Both the position numbers and the translations under genes were made by a program. From an uncultured Alistipes sp. (lineage in GTDB: Bacteria > Bacteroidota > Bacteroidia > Bacteroidales > Rikenellaceae), in the NCBI GenBank assembly GCA_944326855.1, contig CALVFO010000018.1, positions 26,766 to 90,765 on the forward strand: DNA of 64,000 nucleotides, given 5' to 3'. Below, piece by piece: positions 26,111-35,010 of the stretch. The notes under the pieces are model-generated. The model saw only the letters and a list, made by a program, of their open reading frames with translations, did not search any database and was not told where the DNA came from. The stretch's first letter is position 1. The number at the start of each line of letters is the position of its first letter.

Positions 26111-26779
26111 ATGAAAAACCTTTACCTTGCCATGGGCATTTTAGGCCTTTTGACCGGCCTGTCAGCCTGCATCGACTCCAGCAACTCCAGCAACAACCAT
26201 CGCCCGATGCCCAGTGACACCCACTATTTTTGCGGAGAATTCGTCGTAACGAAAGATTCGGCCACGTTTTACGACTGTGCCACCGGAATCTCTTATCCGG
26301 TGGCCCGTCAAGACGCATACACGGTAACCGTCCGTAAATACCTCGCTCAAAAACCCGTTTCCGGACAACGCGTATTCATCGAACTGGAAGGAGCTTTGGA
26401 TACGTTGCCCCCCCAGCCGGGAAAGGATGCCGCCCGGACCCTGTTCATCGAAACCCTGATCGGACTCGACCCCCAGGTCGAATGCCAGTCTTCGCTATTG
26501 GTAACGGGGCTGTACGAAGCATCCGGTCCTGACAGTGTCAAAACTACGCTGCAGTTGCTACCGGATTACACGTTTGCGATGACTCGCCACGACAGCGACA
26601 CGGTTGAATCGACCCGTCGAGGCAGTTGGGGAATGTCCTCGGCTACCACCCTCGAACTGAATTTTCCCGATCGGGAAGGGTTCGAATCCCATACCCGCCT
26701 GCGTATAGACCCTCAACAAGAGATCCTGATGCAGGGGGATGAAAATGACCGAATCGACTACCGGAAAGTATTTCTATAA
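26111..26779 (+). CDS. Hypothetical lipoprotein (weak NlpE-N-terminal-like pattern)
   Basis: ORF 26060..26779. The likely start is M18 at 26111 (MKNLYLAMGILGLLTGLSAC lipobox). I recognise no catalytic motif. GLYEASGPD...TLQLLPDYTF...GSWG is loosely NlpE-like. Confidence 0.6.
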   Translation: MKNLYLAMGILGLLTGLSACIDSSNSSNNHRPMPSDTHYFCGEFVVTKDSATFYDCATGISYPVARQDAYTVTVRKYLAQKPVSGQRVFIELEGALDTLPPQPGKDAARTLFIETLIGLDPQVECQSSLLVTGLYEASGPDSVKTTLQLLPDYTFAMTRHDSDTVESTRRGSWGMSSATTLELNFPDREGFESHTRLRIDPQQEILMQGDENDRIDYRKVFL

Positions 26780-26812
26780 GCTATTGCATACGAAAAATTT
26801 CTGTGTATCTTT

Positions 26813-28078
26813 ATGCACATGAAACATCGCATACTGTTATTATGGTGCCTATGGATCACAGCCGTAGCCTGCCATGATGATCCCAATTCGAATTTCACAA
26901 ATTTGGCGCTTTCGACCAATGCATTGAACATTGTGCCCGACGGCGGAACACTAAAGTTTGCCATTACGTGCAATTCGAACTGGCAAATCAGCGGTTCGGA
27001 CTCGTGGTGTGTGCCGGACAAAACGAGCGGGAGCGGCAACGCCAACATCAACCTGACCGTCTCCACATACGACAATACGGAACAAAATCGACAGACGACC
27101 CTCACTGTCAGCAGCGGAACTCAGAGCCAAACCTTAACGGTTACCCAATATGCTTCATTGGCCGATTATCATTACGAGCTACCGGTCATTTTCCATATTT
27201 TACGGGGACCTTCCGATCGAAAGACCGTTCAGCAGGCTTGGCTCAGCGAGATCATTAACGCCTGCAACACCAATTATCAGGGCTTGGCTGGCGATACGCC
27301 GGATATCAACCTGTCGTTCGTATTGGCTGACAAAAAACCCGACGGAACGTCTCTGAGCGAGCCCGGCATCAATTATGTCGACTGGTCGACCTCGACGATC
27401 GATCCAGATGTCTTCATGGACGATGAATCGCCCGATCCGAAAGCGGTGGCTTTGTTATGGGACCCGAACTCCTATATCAATGTTTTCATCTACTATTTCA
27501 ACACCACCAACAACAATACGACCGGCATTTCTTTTTTACCTTACTGCACCAGTTCGAATCGGCTGGACGGACTGTATGACGGAGACTATTACTTCGATCA
27601 GAGTCCCAATTATGTCCATTGCGTATCCTTGAATCGAACCTATCTTTATAACCGATCCACGGCTACGACACACGATCCTGCCGACGTAGTGATCACCTTA
27701 TCGCACGAATTGGGACACTATTTAGGACTTTTCCATGTCTTTTCAGAAACTCAGTGCGGAGAAAACGACGATTATTGCTCCGATACACCGGACTACAACC
27801 GTTCCAGCTATGAGAGTTGGCTTTCCCGAACACTGACCTCCAAACCCAATGTAACGATGGAAGACCTGACCCAACGAACCTCCTGCAACGGGACATCGTT
27901 CATCGCTCACAATTTCATGGACTATTATTATACATACGGAGACCAGTTCACCGAAGAACAACTCCAGCGAATTCGCTATGTTCTTTCGTACAGTCCTTTG
28001 ATTCCGGGGCCCAAATACGATCGTCCCGAATCCAAAGGAAAAGAATATCCCGTGCCTCCCGCCCGAAAAATGCCGTAA
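26813..28078 (+). CDS. Zinc metalloprotease lipoprotein: N-terminal BACON domain plus M43 (pappalysin/ulilysin-like) catalytic domain
   Basis: ORF 26813..28078. It has a signal peptide with lipobox (ITAVAC). The BACON-like segment reads LKFAITCNSNWQISGSDSWCV...NINLTVSTYDNTEQNRQTTLTVSSG. HELGHYLGLFHVF is the metzincin HExxHxxGxxH motif. Confidence 0.8.
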   Translation: MHMKHRILLLWCLWITAVACHDDPNSNFTNLALSTNALNIVPDGGTLKFAITCNSNWQISGSDSWCVPDKTSGSGNANINLTVSTYDNTEQNRQTTLTVSSGTQSQTLTVTQYASLADYHYELPVIFHILRGPSDRKTVQQAWLSEIINACNTNYQGLAGDTPDINLSFVLADKKPDGTSLSEPGINYVDWSTSTIDPDVFMDDESPDPKAVALLWDPNSYINVFIYYFNTTNNNTTGISFLPYCTSSNRLDGLYDGDYYFDQSPNYVHCVSLNRTYLYNRSTATTHDPADVVITLSHELGHYLGLFHVFSETQCGENDDYCSDTPDYNRSSYESWLSRTLTSKPNVTMEDLTQRTSCNGTSFIAHNFMDYYYTYGDQFTEEQLQRIRYVLSYSPLIPGPKYDRPESKGKEYPVPPARKMP

Positions 28079-28105
28079 ACTCCGACCACACCATCAAGGG
28101 AGCAT

Positions 28106-28138
28106 AAAAATCCCGGGATCGAATGTCCCGGGATTTTT
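28106..28138. terminator. Bidirectional rho-independent terminator between the convergent M43 protease and Gfo/Idh/MocA genes
   Basis: 13-bp stem aaaaatcccggga / tcccgggattttt with loop tcgaatg. The A/T runs allow termination on both strands. Confidence 0.8.
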
Positions 28139-28162
28139 CGTTTTGAGCCAGGATCGGGCCGT

Positions 28163-29497
28163 CTACAACGAATAACCTTCCCGATACGAATAGTGCAAAC
28201 GTGCATTCGCTTCAGGATCATCCATAAATTTCTCGACAATGGGATTCCACGACAACGGCCGGTTCAATTCATAGGCAATATTTCCCAGGTTGCACATCGT
28301 ACAACTGCTGTGACCCACTTCGACCGGCACATTGGGATCGAGCCGAGAACGTACCGAATCGATAAATGCCGACATATGGGGCAGGGTAGTCTCATAAGGC
28401 TGATCGCGGGATTGCTGCGGTGCCGGTAAAAAGACCGGATCGGAGGCTTTCACTTCGCCGCGACACACCTGAATCCAACCGTTCTCGCCATAAAATTTGA
28501 CCCCTTGCTTGGAAGCGTCGAAAGGTTCCTCACTGACGACGACTCCGTTATCATAAATGTAGGTCAAGTGATCGTAGAAACTATATCCGGGCGGGATGAT
28601 CTCTACGGGTCCCGTACGGTCTTTTCCCAAGGCCCATTGCACGATATCGAACATATGGGCGCCCCAATCAGTCGTAAAACCGCCGCCCAGACCTTGATAC
28701 CAACGCCATGCGCCCCAGAGTTTTTCCTTGTCATCGGGCGGCTCACCGATGATCGGATTGAGGTCCTGATTATAATGAATGTCCTCAGGCAGGGGGCCCA
28801 ACCATAAATCCCAATTCAATCCCGCCGGCACAGGTTGAGCCGGCAGATCATAAGGTTTCGGACCTGCCCCCACACGTACTTTTACCCGAGCGATCTTCCC
28901 CAACTTTCCCTCACGAATCAGATTCGCCACATGAATAAATTCAGGACTGGAGCGTTGCTGACTGCCCACCTGCAAAATACGGTGATTTTCCCGCACGGCC
29001 TTACACAACTGCTGCCCCTCATAAATAGTGAACGTCAGCGGTTTTTCCAGATAAATATCCTTACCGGCTCGACAAGCAGCCATCGCAATAATGGCATGAT
29101 AGTGATCCGGAGTAGCGATAACCACCGCATCGACATCGTCCCGAGCGAGAATATCCTGATATCTTTCATAGGTTTTCACCTCCGACTTTTGGGAATGAGC
29201 CGCATAATATGCGTTGACCCGTCTCTCGAAACGGTGGCGTTTAATATCGTATACATCGGCTCCTGCCACCACCTTGACCCCCGGCAACGTAATAAATCCG
29301 TTCAGCAGATACATGGCCTGCTGACCCAATCCGATAAAGGCCAGGTTGACATGATCGTTGGCTTCCGTTTTCGGTCTCTTCGCGGAAGATGCGGAGACGG
29401 AGGCACCCCAGGCGGATGGCATCAAAACCGCTCCGGCCGCCCCGGCGCAAGAGTATTTCAGAAAGTCTCGTCTTGAAAATTTCGAATCGGTACTCAT
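28163..29497 (-). CDS. Gfo/Idh/MocA family NAD(P)-dependent oxidoreductase with a twin-arginine export signal
   Basis: ORF 28163..29497, 444 aa. It has the TAT motif SRRDFLKYSCAGAAGAVL, the Rossmann segment LAFIGLGQQA, and EKPL. Confidence 0.85.
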   Translation of the reverse strand: MSTDSKFSRRDFLKYSCAGAAGAVLMPSAWGASVSASSAKRPKTEANDHVNLAFIGLGQQAMYLLNGFITLPGVKVVAGADVYDIKRHRFERRVNAYYAAHSQKSEVKTYERYQDILARDDVDAVVIATPDHYHAIIAMAACRAGKDIYLEKPLTFTIYEGQQLCKAVRENHRILQVGSQQRSSPEFIHVANLIREGKLGKIARVKVRVGAGPKPYDLPAQPVPAGLNWDLWLGPLPEDIHYNQDLNPIIGEPPDDKEKLWGAWRWYQGLGGGFTTDWGAHMFDIVQWALGKDRTGPVEIIPPGYSFYDHLTYIYDNGVVVSEEPFDASKQGVKFYGENGWIQVCRGEVKASDPVFLPAPQQSRDQPYETTLPHMSAFIDSVRSRLDPNVPVEVGHSSCTMCNLGNIAYELNRPLSWNPIVEKFMDDPEANARLHYSYREGYSL

Positions 29498-29656
29498 ATC
29501 GATGTAGTTTTAAGGGATAGATTTCATGTAAAATGAGCCTGAAAGAAAAGCCTTTCTATTGTCGTTGCCCCTGTTTCAGGCCCGGAGGTGTTTCCGTTTT
29601 AGCGTTTCCCTGACAGGCGGGGAATACCTGTCGTCCCCACCCGGCAAAACCGTTTG

Positions 29657-31681
29657 TTACGGCAACCAGGGGTTATCTCGGGGACCCATCTCCGACAAAG
29701 GAATCGGTTCCAAACCGTAGCGGTTTAAAAATTCGGGAGAGCAAACCTCCTGCAGGGTCCGCCCTTCGGAGGCTATCAGATGATTTCCTTCGGTTTTCTG
29801 ACGGGCGTCTCCGGCGATCAACAGCGCCGGAGAATCCACCAACAAATTATGGCGGATCTCGTTCGTACAGGCATTTTCCTGCAGATGAGCCAGTTTAGGA
29901 TAACGACTCAGGTAAAGTTCCGAGCGGATATCGACCTCTTCATATATTTTGCGTTGCACTTCAGGGCGGGCCATCGTCTCGTCCCAGCGCTGTTGGGACC
30001 AGGGATGCTCGTAAAAGCTGACAGCGGCCGGAGTTTTCCAGAAAAGATTGTTTTCCACCAGGTTGTCTTTCCCTCCGTTGATCTGAATGGCTCCGAAATG
30101 ATGCGATCCGCAGTTTTCCAACACATTGCCGTAAATATGTACTCCCGAGATCATGTCGTCCAGACGAATACCGGCCGCCCCGCAATGCGTTCCTCCCAGA
30201 ATATCCCGCCATCGGTTATAGCGGATGACAACTCCCTGATAAGAAGGATTGTACCAAATATCGAGTCCGCCCTGATCATCCGATTCGTCCACAACGCGCC
30301 CGATATCGTTATATTCGATCAGGATATCATTGCCTTCGAGACGCATCGCCGAGGAGGAAGAGTACCAGAAACGATTATGGGAAGCCCGGATGCCGCATCC
30401 TTCCGCATATAAGGCCGGCTCGTAGGTCCGTTTGAACAAAGAAAAATATTCGACGACCGTATTTTCCAGAAAGTGTTCGGCCGGGGTCAAGGTCCGCCGA
30501 TCGCCACCGATCATCCGTACCCCGGAACACCCCAATGTTCTCAACAGGCAGCCGGAGATGCCATGACGACGTCCTCCTTTGACTTCAATACCGTTCCGTC
30601 CCATGCGTTCGACGCGACAGGCTTCGATCCGGCAATTTTCACCCTCCTTCACCAGAATGCCGCTTCCTCGACTCTCCTGAAAGGAAAGTCCCTGAATAAT
30701 CACGTTCTTACATCCGTTCAGTTCCAGCATATAGGGTGCACTGAGCACCGAAAGCGTCACTTCGGTATCGGGCGTCAAGGTCACGGGGGGATACCAGAAC
30801 AACAATCCTTTGTCTCGATCCAGATACCATTCTCCCGGGGCATCCAGTTCCCGCAATACGTTCAGGGCAAAGTAGCGCAACGAATCCCGATAACCGGACT
30901 GATGATAAGGCGGTTGAGTGTAAATGAGGTGCGCTGCCGGATCCACCCGCTGTACGCGTAGAAACTCCTCTCTCCAGTCCCAGAACCAATATCCTCCCAA
31001 CCGGACATCCGGTTCGTAGAACCAGGCAGCGGGATGATCGCCCACATATTCGAACACCCCTTCCCGATAGCCCTTGAATCCAGCCCAATTCGGTAGAGTG
31101 GGGGTTTGACCCATGGCTCGTCCGGCCCGAATCATCCCCCGATTCGGCCAGCGGGCCAGTGTTTGCAGCGCTCCGTCACAAAACAGCTCCGGACGCAGAC
31201 CCAACTCGGTCGGATCCCCAAAATCGCTCACGCCCGCCTTTTTCAGGTCGGCCACATAGATATGATCTTTATGTTCGTTCGGGAAGCGCAGAATCATAAA
31301 ATCCCGATCCAGGGCGAACTTTTCCGGACGATCCCAATTCCGAATGGCGACCGATCCGGTGAATATCGGGGTTTCTCCCGGTGCGGCGGCGTAAATCACC
31401 GGAGCCTCGGGCGTACCACTATCTCTTTCATCCAGGCAGACAGGTTCCTGCAGGGCATAACGTCCTCCCAGAAAATAAACGGTAATCGGTTCTTTCGGAT
31501 TCGTTTGTTTCAGAATCCGAACCTGTTCCCGGGCGTGTTCCCAGGTCCGCCAAGGAGCCTGACGTGTTCCTGCATAAAGGTCGTTGCCTTGGGGCGAAAG
31601 GTAAAATTCAGCCGCAGCCAGTTGACTGTTTCCGGCCATACACCCACATAGAAGCATTAATAAAATGCCGTGTAGTCTCAT
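29657..31681 (-). CDS. Secreted right-handed parallel beta-helix repeat protein (pectate-lyase fold; unknown specificity)
   Basis: ORF 29657..31681, 674 aa. It has a signal peptide and the FYLSPQGNDLYAGT N-terminal motif typical of this family, with repeated ...G(I/V)...N... turns. Confidence 0.7.
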   Translation of the reverse strand: MRLHGILLMLLCGCMAGNSQLAAAEFYLSPQGNDLYAGTRQAPWRTWEHAREQVRILKQTNPKEPITVYFLGGRYALQEPVCLDERDSGTPEAPVIYAAAPGETPIFTGSVAIRNWDRPEKFALDRDFMILRFPNEHKDHIYVADLKKAGVSDFGDPTELGLRPELFCDGALQTLARWPNRGMIRAGRAMGQTPTLPNWAGFKGYREGVFEYVGDHPAAWFYEPDVRLGGYWFWDWREEFLRVQRVDPAAHLIYTQPPYHQSGYRDSLRYFALNVLRELDAPGEWYLDRDKGLLFWYPPVTLTPDTEVTLSVLSAPYMLELNGCKNVIIQGLSFQESRGSGILVKEGENCRIEACRVERMGRNGIEVKGGRRHGISGCLLRTLGCSGVRMIGGDRRTLTPAEHFLENTVVEYFSLFKRTYEPALYAEGCGIRASHNRFWYSSSSAMRLEGNDILIEYNDIGRVVDESDDQGGLDIWYNPSYQGVVIRYNRWRDILGGTHCGAAGIRLDDMISGVHIYGNVLENCGSHHFGAIQINGGKDNLVENNLFWKTPAAVSFYEHPWSQQRWDETMARPEVQRKIYEEVDIRSELYLSRYPKLAHLQENACTNEIRHNLLVDSPALLIAGDARQKTEGNHLIASEGRTLQEVCSPEFLNRYGLEPIPLSEMGPRDNPWLP

Positions 31682-31947
31682 GATGGAATTTTTATATACA
31701 AGAATGATTGATTGGGCTTAACACTGAAACGCCGCTTCAGGACGTTTTCTTTCTAAAATTTAAATGTACAAAAAACTCTGTGGTTTCCCAAATAGAATCC
31801 GAATGCTTTCATCCGTAAAAAACTTTTCTGAATCGGTTATTTTCTCTACCTTTAAGGGGAGAAGAGTCGGTTTGTTGCCGTTCCCCGGCACAACAACGAA
31901 TCCCACACTTTTTCCAACAGCTCACACAACCACCACACACGACAAAC

Positions 31948-32769
31948 ATGAAAAAAGTCACTTTAAACAACGGAGTCGAAATACCCTGGATAGGCTTGGG
32001 CGTATTCCGCATGGAAGATAACGACAACACGGTACAAGCGATCGAAACGGCCCTGAAAACCGGATATCGCCATATCGATACCGCAGCTTATTATTTCAAT
32101 GAAGAAGCCGTAGCGCGGGCCATCCAACGTTCGGGTATTCCCCGTAACGAGATCTTCATCACGACCAAACTCTGGAACGACGACCAACGTTCCGGAAAAG
32201 TCATGGAAGCATTCGAAGAAAGTCTGCGGAAACTGAACACCGATTATGTGGACCTCTATCTGATCCATTGGCCGGTAGCCGACCGATTCGTTCATAGCTG
32301 GCAGGTCCTCGAAACAATTTACAAAAGCGGCCGAGCCCGGGCCATCGGGGTGAGCAATTTTAAAATACATCACCTCGAAACCTTGAAAAAGAGTACGGAA
32401 ATCATCCCTGCCGTCAATCAGATCGAATTGCATCCTTATCTGAGCCAACAGGAAGAGGTCGATTACTGCCTGAAAAACGGCATTCGGCCCGAATCCTGGA
32501 GTCCATTCACCGCGGGTAAAACCGCTCTGCTCCAAGAATCCTCGCTTCAGGAACTGGCAGCCCAACACGGCAAGACCCCGGCACAGATTATTTTGCGATG
32601 GGACTATCAACGAGGGATCGTCACCATTCCCAAATCCTCCAACCCGAAACGTTTGGCCGAAAACATCGATATTTTCGATTTCGAATTGACAGCTGCCGAA
32701 ATCGACCAAATCAACGCCTTAAACCAAAACAAACGCGTCGGATCGGATCCGGACCATTTCACGTTCTGA
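31948..32769 (+). CDS. Aldo/keto reductase (2,5-diketo-D-gluconate reductase-like)
   Basis: ORF 31948..32769, 273 aa. It has GYRHIDTAAYY, LYLIHWP and IPKSSNPKRLAENIDIF motifs. Confidence 0.9.
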   Translation: MKKVTLNNGVEIPWIGLGVFRMEDNDNTVQAIETALKTGYRHIDTAAYYFNEEAVARAIQRSGIPRNEIFITTKLWNDDQRSGKVMEAFEESLRKLNTDYVDLYLIHWPVADRFVHSWQVLETIYKSGRARAIGVSNFKIHHLETLKKSTEIIPAVNQIELHPYLSQQEEVDYCLKNGIRPESWSPFTAGKTALLQESSLQELAAQHGKTPAQIILRWDYQRGIVTIPKSSNPKRLAENIDIFDFELTAAEIDQINALNQNKRVGSDPDHFTF

Positions 32770-32802
32770 CCCCCCGAACCACTTGCCAAACCGTTTCCCG
32801 CC

Positions 32803-33135
32803 ATGGAAGCCCCTGTTTTGCTGCATAACACCGAAGAACAACGATACGAATATCGAATCGGCCCCCACATCGCCCAGATCGAGTACCTGACGGCCGAAGA
32901 CGGAACGATCTACCTCACCCACACACGGGTTCCTGAAGCACTCGGAGGGCAGGGGATCGGGACGTCTCTGATCCGCGACGTTTTGCAAGACATCGATCGG
33001 CAACATCTCCGAATCGTGCCCGTATGTCCTTTTATCAGCAGCTATATCCGCAAACATCCCGAATGGGAACCTCTGGTCGCCACATCCCGTGCCCAGAATC
33101 AAGAAGAACCTCACCAACCGGTCTCCGATTCTTGA
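32803..33135 (+). CDS. Small GNAT-fold N-acetyltransferase (YjdJ type)
   Basis: ORF 32803..33135, 110 aa. The YEYRIG...IEYLTAEDGTIYLTHTRVPEALGGQGIGTSLIRDVL...VPVCPF pattern is typical of YjdJ-like single-domain GNATs. Confidence 0.7.
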   Translation: MEAPVLLHNTEEQRYEYRIGPHIAQIEYLTAEDGTIYLTHTRVPEALGGQGIGTSLIRDVLQDIDRQHLRIVPVCPFISSYIRKHPEWEPLVATSRAQNQEEPHQPVSDS

Positions 33136-33173
33136 CAGCAGGATATACACTGGCCCCATACCGGACCTGTTCC

Positions 33174-33213
33174 AACGAGGGGGCCGTCTGTTAGACGGCC
33201 CCCTCGTTTTTTT
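33174..33213 (+). terminator. Rho-independent terminator after the GNAT gene
   Basis: 16-bp perfect stem aacgagggggccgtct / agacggccccctcgtt with loop gtt, followed by a T-run. Confidence 0.85.
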
Positions 33214-33355
33214 ATTTTCCCCGGAATATGACTGGCTGAATCGGTCCACGGAGTACGAACGTATCTGTGGTATCGGACGATGCAGGGACGAATTTACACC
33301 ATTTTCAGCGAGGGATTACCATTCGGCTTACCTCTCTATTATTATATAAAGCCCG

Positions 33356-33420
33356 CTTTCTGCTCTCCAGCTTCTTGCTTCCTGCTCTCCACTTCCTTGC
33401 TTTCTGCCCCGGCTTTCCTG
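33356..33420. repeat. Degenerate ~22-bp tandem repeat (about 3 units) inside a ~100-nt polypyrimidine (plus strand) tract
   Basis: ctttctgctctccagcttcttg (33356-33377) and cttcctgctctccacttccttg (33378-33399) match at 18/22 positions, followed by ctttctgccccggctttcctg. The tract continues to about 33450 with very few purines. Confidence 0.75.
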
Positions 33421-33459
33421 CCGCCCCTCTTCCTGGCCGTCTCCTTCCGCAGCTCTCAC

Positions 33460-33801
33460 TCATTCTATTTCGAATAGAGGATCCCAGAAAACCTGTTCCA
33501 ACATCCGGACACGATTCCCCTCGATGCAGAGGCCCTCTTCCTCCAGACGTTTCTGCATACTATCCGGAACCCCGAACGCCTTTCTGCCCGAAAGCATTCC
33601 CTGAGCATTCACCACGCGATGCGCCGGCCAGTGAGAGCTTTCGCCCTCAGAACGAGCCAATACCCATCCTACCTGACGTGCCCAGGTCGGATATCCCACG
33701 GCTCGTGCGATCGCGCCATAACTCGTTACCCGTCCACGCGGAATCCGACTCACCACCTCATAAACTGCCCGCACAAACTCTTCCGATTCCAAATTTCGCA
33801 T
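33460..33801 (-). CDS. MGMT-family DNA-binding protein lacking the acceptor cysteine (alkyltransferase-like, ATL)
   Basis: ORF 33460..33801, 113 aa. It has RIPRGRVTSYGAIA and WPAHRVVNAQG. Ala60 (nt 33622-33624) replaces the Cys of the PCHRV active site. Confidence 0.8.
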   Translation of the reverse strand: MRNLESEEFVRAVYEVVSRIPRGRVTSYGAIARAVGYPTWARQVGWVLARSEGESSHWPAHRVVNAQGMLSGRKAFGVPDSMQKRLEEEGLCIEGNRVRMLEQVFWDPLFEIE

Positions 33802-33813
33802 CGCACCTCCATT

Positions 33814-35010
33814 TTACGACCTTTTCGTTTTTATATCGGGCAGGAAAACCGCTACAATCCCCAACAGCGGCATATAGGCACAAAAACGATACACATAATC
33901 AATTCCCCGAATATCGGCTATATTCCCCAGTACGGCCGCCGCAATTCCTGCAATTCCGAATGCCAACCCGAAAAACAAGCCCGAGATCAAACCCAGTTTC
34001 GTCGGTAACAACTCCTGAGCATAGACCAGAATCGCCGAAAAAGCGGAGGAAATCACCAAACCGATCACCACACTCAACACCCCGGTCCAAAACAAATTCG
34101 CATGCGGCATCCACAAAGCGAACGGTGCCGCCCCTAAAATCGAGCCCCAAATGACATACTTACGTCCCACCCGATCCCCGATAGGCCCACCGAGCAACGT
34201 TCCGACGGCCGTCGCCAACAGAAAAGCAAACAGGAACAATTGGGATTGTTGGGTCGTCACGCCGAATTTTTCTATCAAATAAAAGGTGTAGAAGTTCGTC
34301 AGGCTGGCCATATACACGTATTTGGAAAAAATCAATACCAACAATATGACCAACGAACCAACGATTCGTCGTTTAGACAACCAGACGGGACGTCCGACTG
34401 CGACCTTCGTAGCTCCGGACCGCATTCGACGCAATTTCACTCGATACCATCGGAAGATGGGCCATTTGAAAAGTATCGACACAAAAGCCACCCCCGCGAA
34501 CCATACGATATAATGCTGACCGTAGGGTGCAATAATCAGCGCCGCCAACAGCGGTCCCAACGAGCTCCCGAAATTACCCCCTACTTGAAAAATCGACTGC
34601 GCCAATCCATGTTGTCCGCCCGAAGCCCAATGAGTCAAACGGGAAGCCTCGGGGTGGATGACCGAAGATCCCAGGCCGACAAAAGCGACTGCAATCAAAA
34701 CGCCATACAAAGCACCGGCATAGGCCAGCACTACGAGACCTATCATCGTCGAAAGACTGCCAACGATCAGATACCACGGATTGGGGCGTTTATCGAACCA
34801 CCAACCGAATACCGGCTGAAACACCGAAGCACAAATTTGGTACACCAACGTAATCAGGCCCACTTGAGTAAATGAGAGGGAAAGATTCTCTTTCAGAATC
34901 GGATAAACGGCCGCAATCACGGATTGCAACGCATCGTTGAGCAAATGAGCCAAGCTCAGAGATAACAAGATACTCAACGAAGTTTGAGTCGAAATGGAGT
35001 GAGAAGACAT
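33814..35010 (-). CDS. MFS transporter (Fsr/fosmidomycin-resistance-like subfamily)
   Basis: ORF 33814..35052. The likely start is M15 at 35010. It has about 12 TM segments, and the AHLLNDALQSVIAAVYPILKENLSLSFTQVGLITLVYQICASVFQPVFGWWFDK pattern is typical of Fsr-like MFS proteins. Confidence 0.8.
   Translation of the reverse strand: MSSHSISTQTSLSILLSLSLAHLLNDALQSVIAAVYPILKENLSLSFTQVGLITLVYQICASVFQPVFGWWFDKRPNPWYLIVGSLSTMIGLVVLAYAGALYGVLIAVAFVGLGSSVIHPEASRLTHWASGGQHGLAQSIFQVGGNFGSSLGPLLAALIIAPYGQHYIVWFAGVAFVSILFKWPIFRWYRVKLRRMRSGATKVAVGRPVWLSKRRIVGSLVILLVLIFSKYVYMASLTNFYTFYLIEKFGVTTQQSQLFLFAFLLATAVGTLLGGPIGDRVGRKYVIWGSILGAAPFALWMPHANLFWTGVLSVVIGLVISSAFSAILVYAQELLPTKLGLISGLFFGLAFGIAGIAAAVLGNIADIRGIDYVYRFCAYMPLLGIVAVFLPDIKTKRS

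Noticed and set aside
33267-34154. 295-aa Pro/Ser-rich plus-strand ORF
   Set aside because: It starts in the polypyrimidine tract and then runs antisense through the ATL and MFS genes. Its composition is dictated by the C/T-rich strand and it has no domain.
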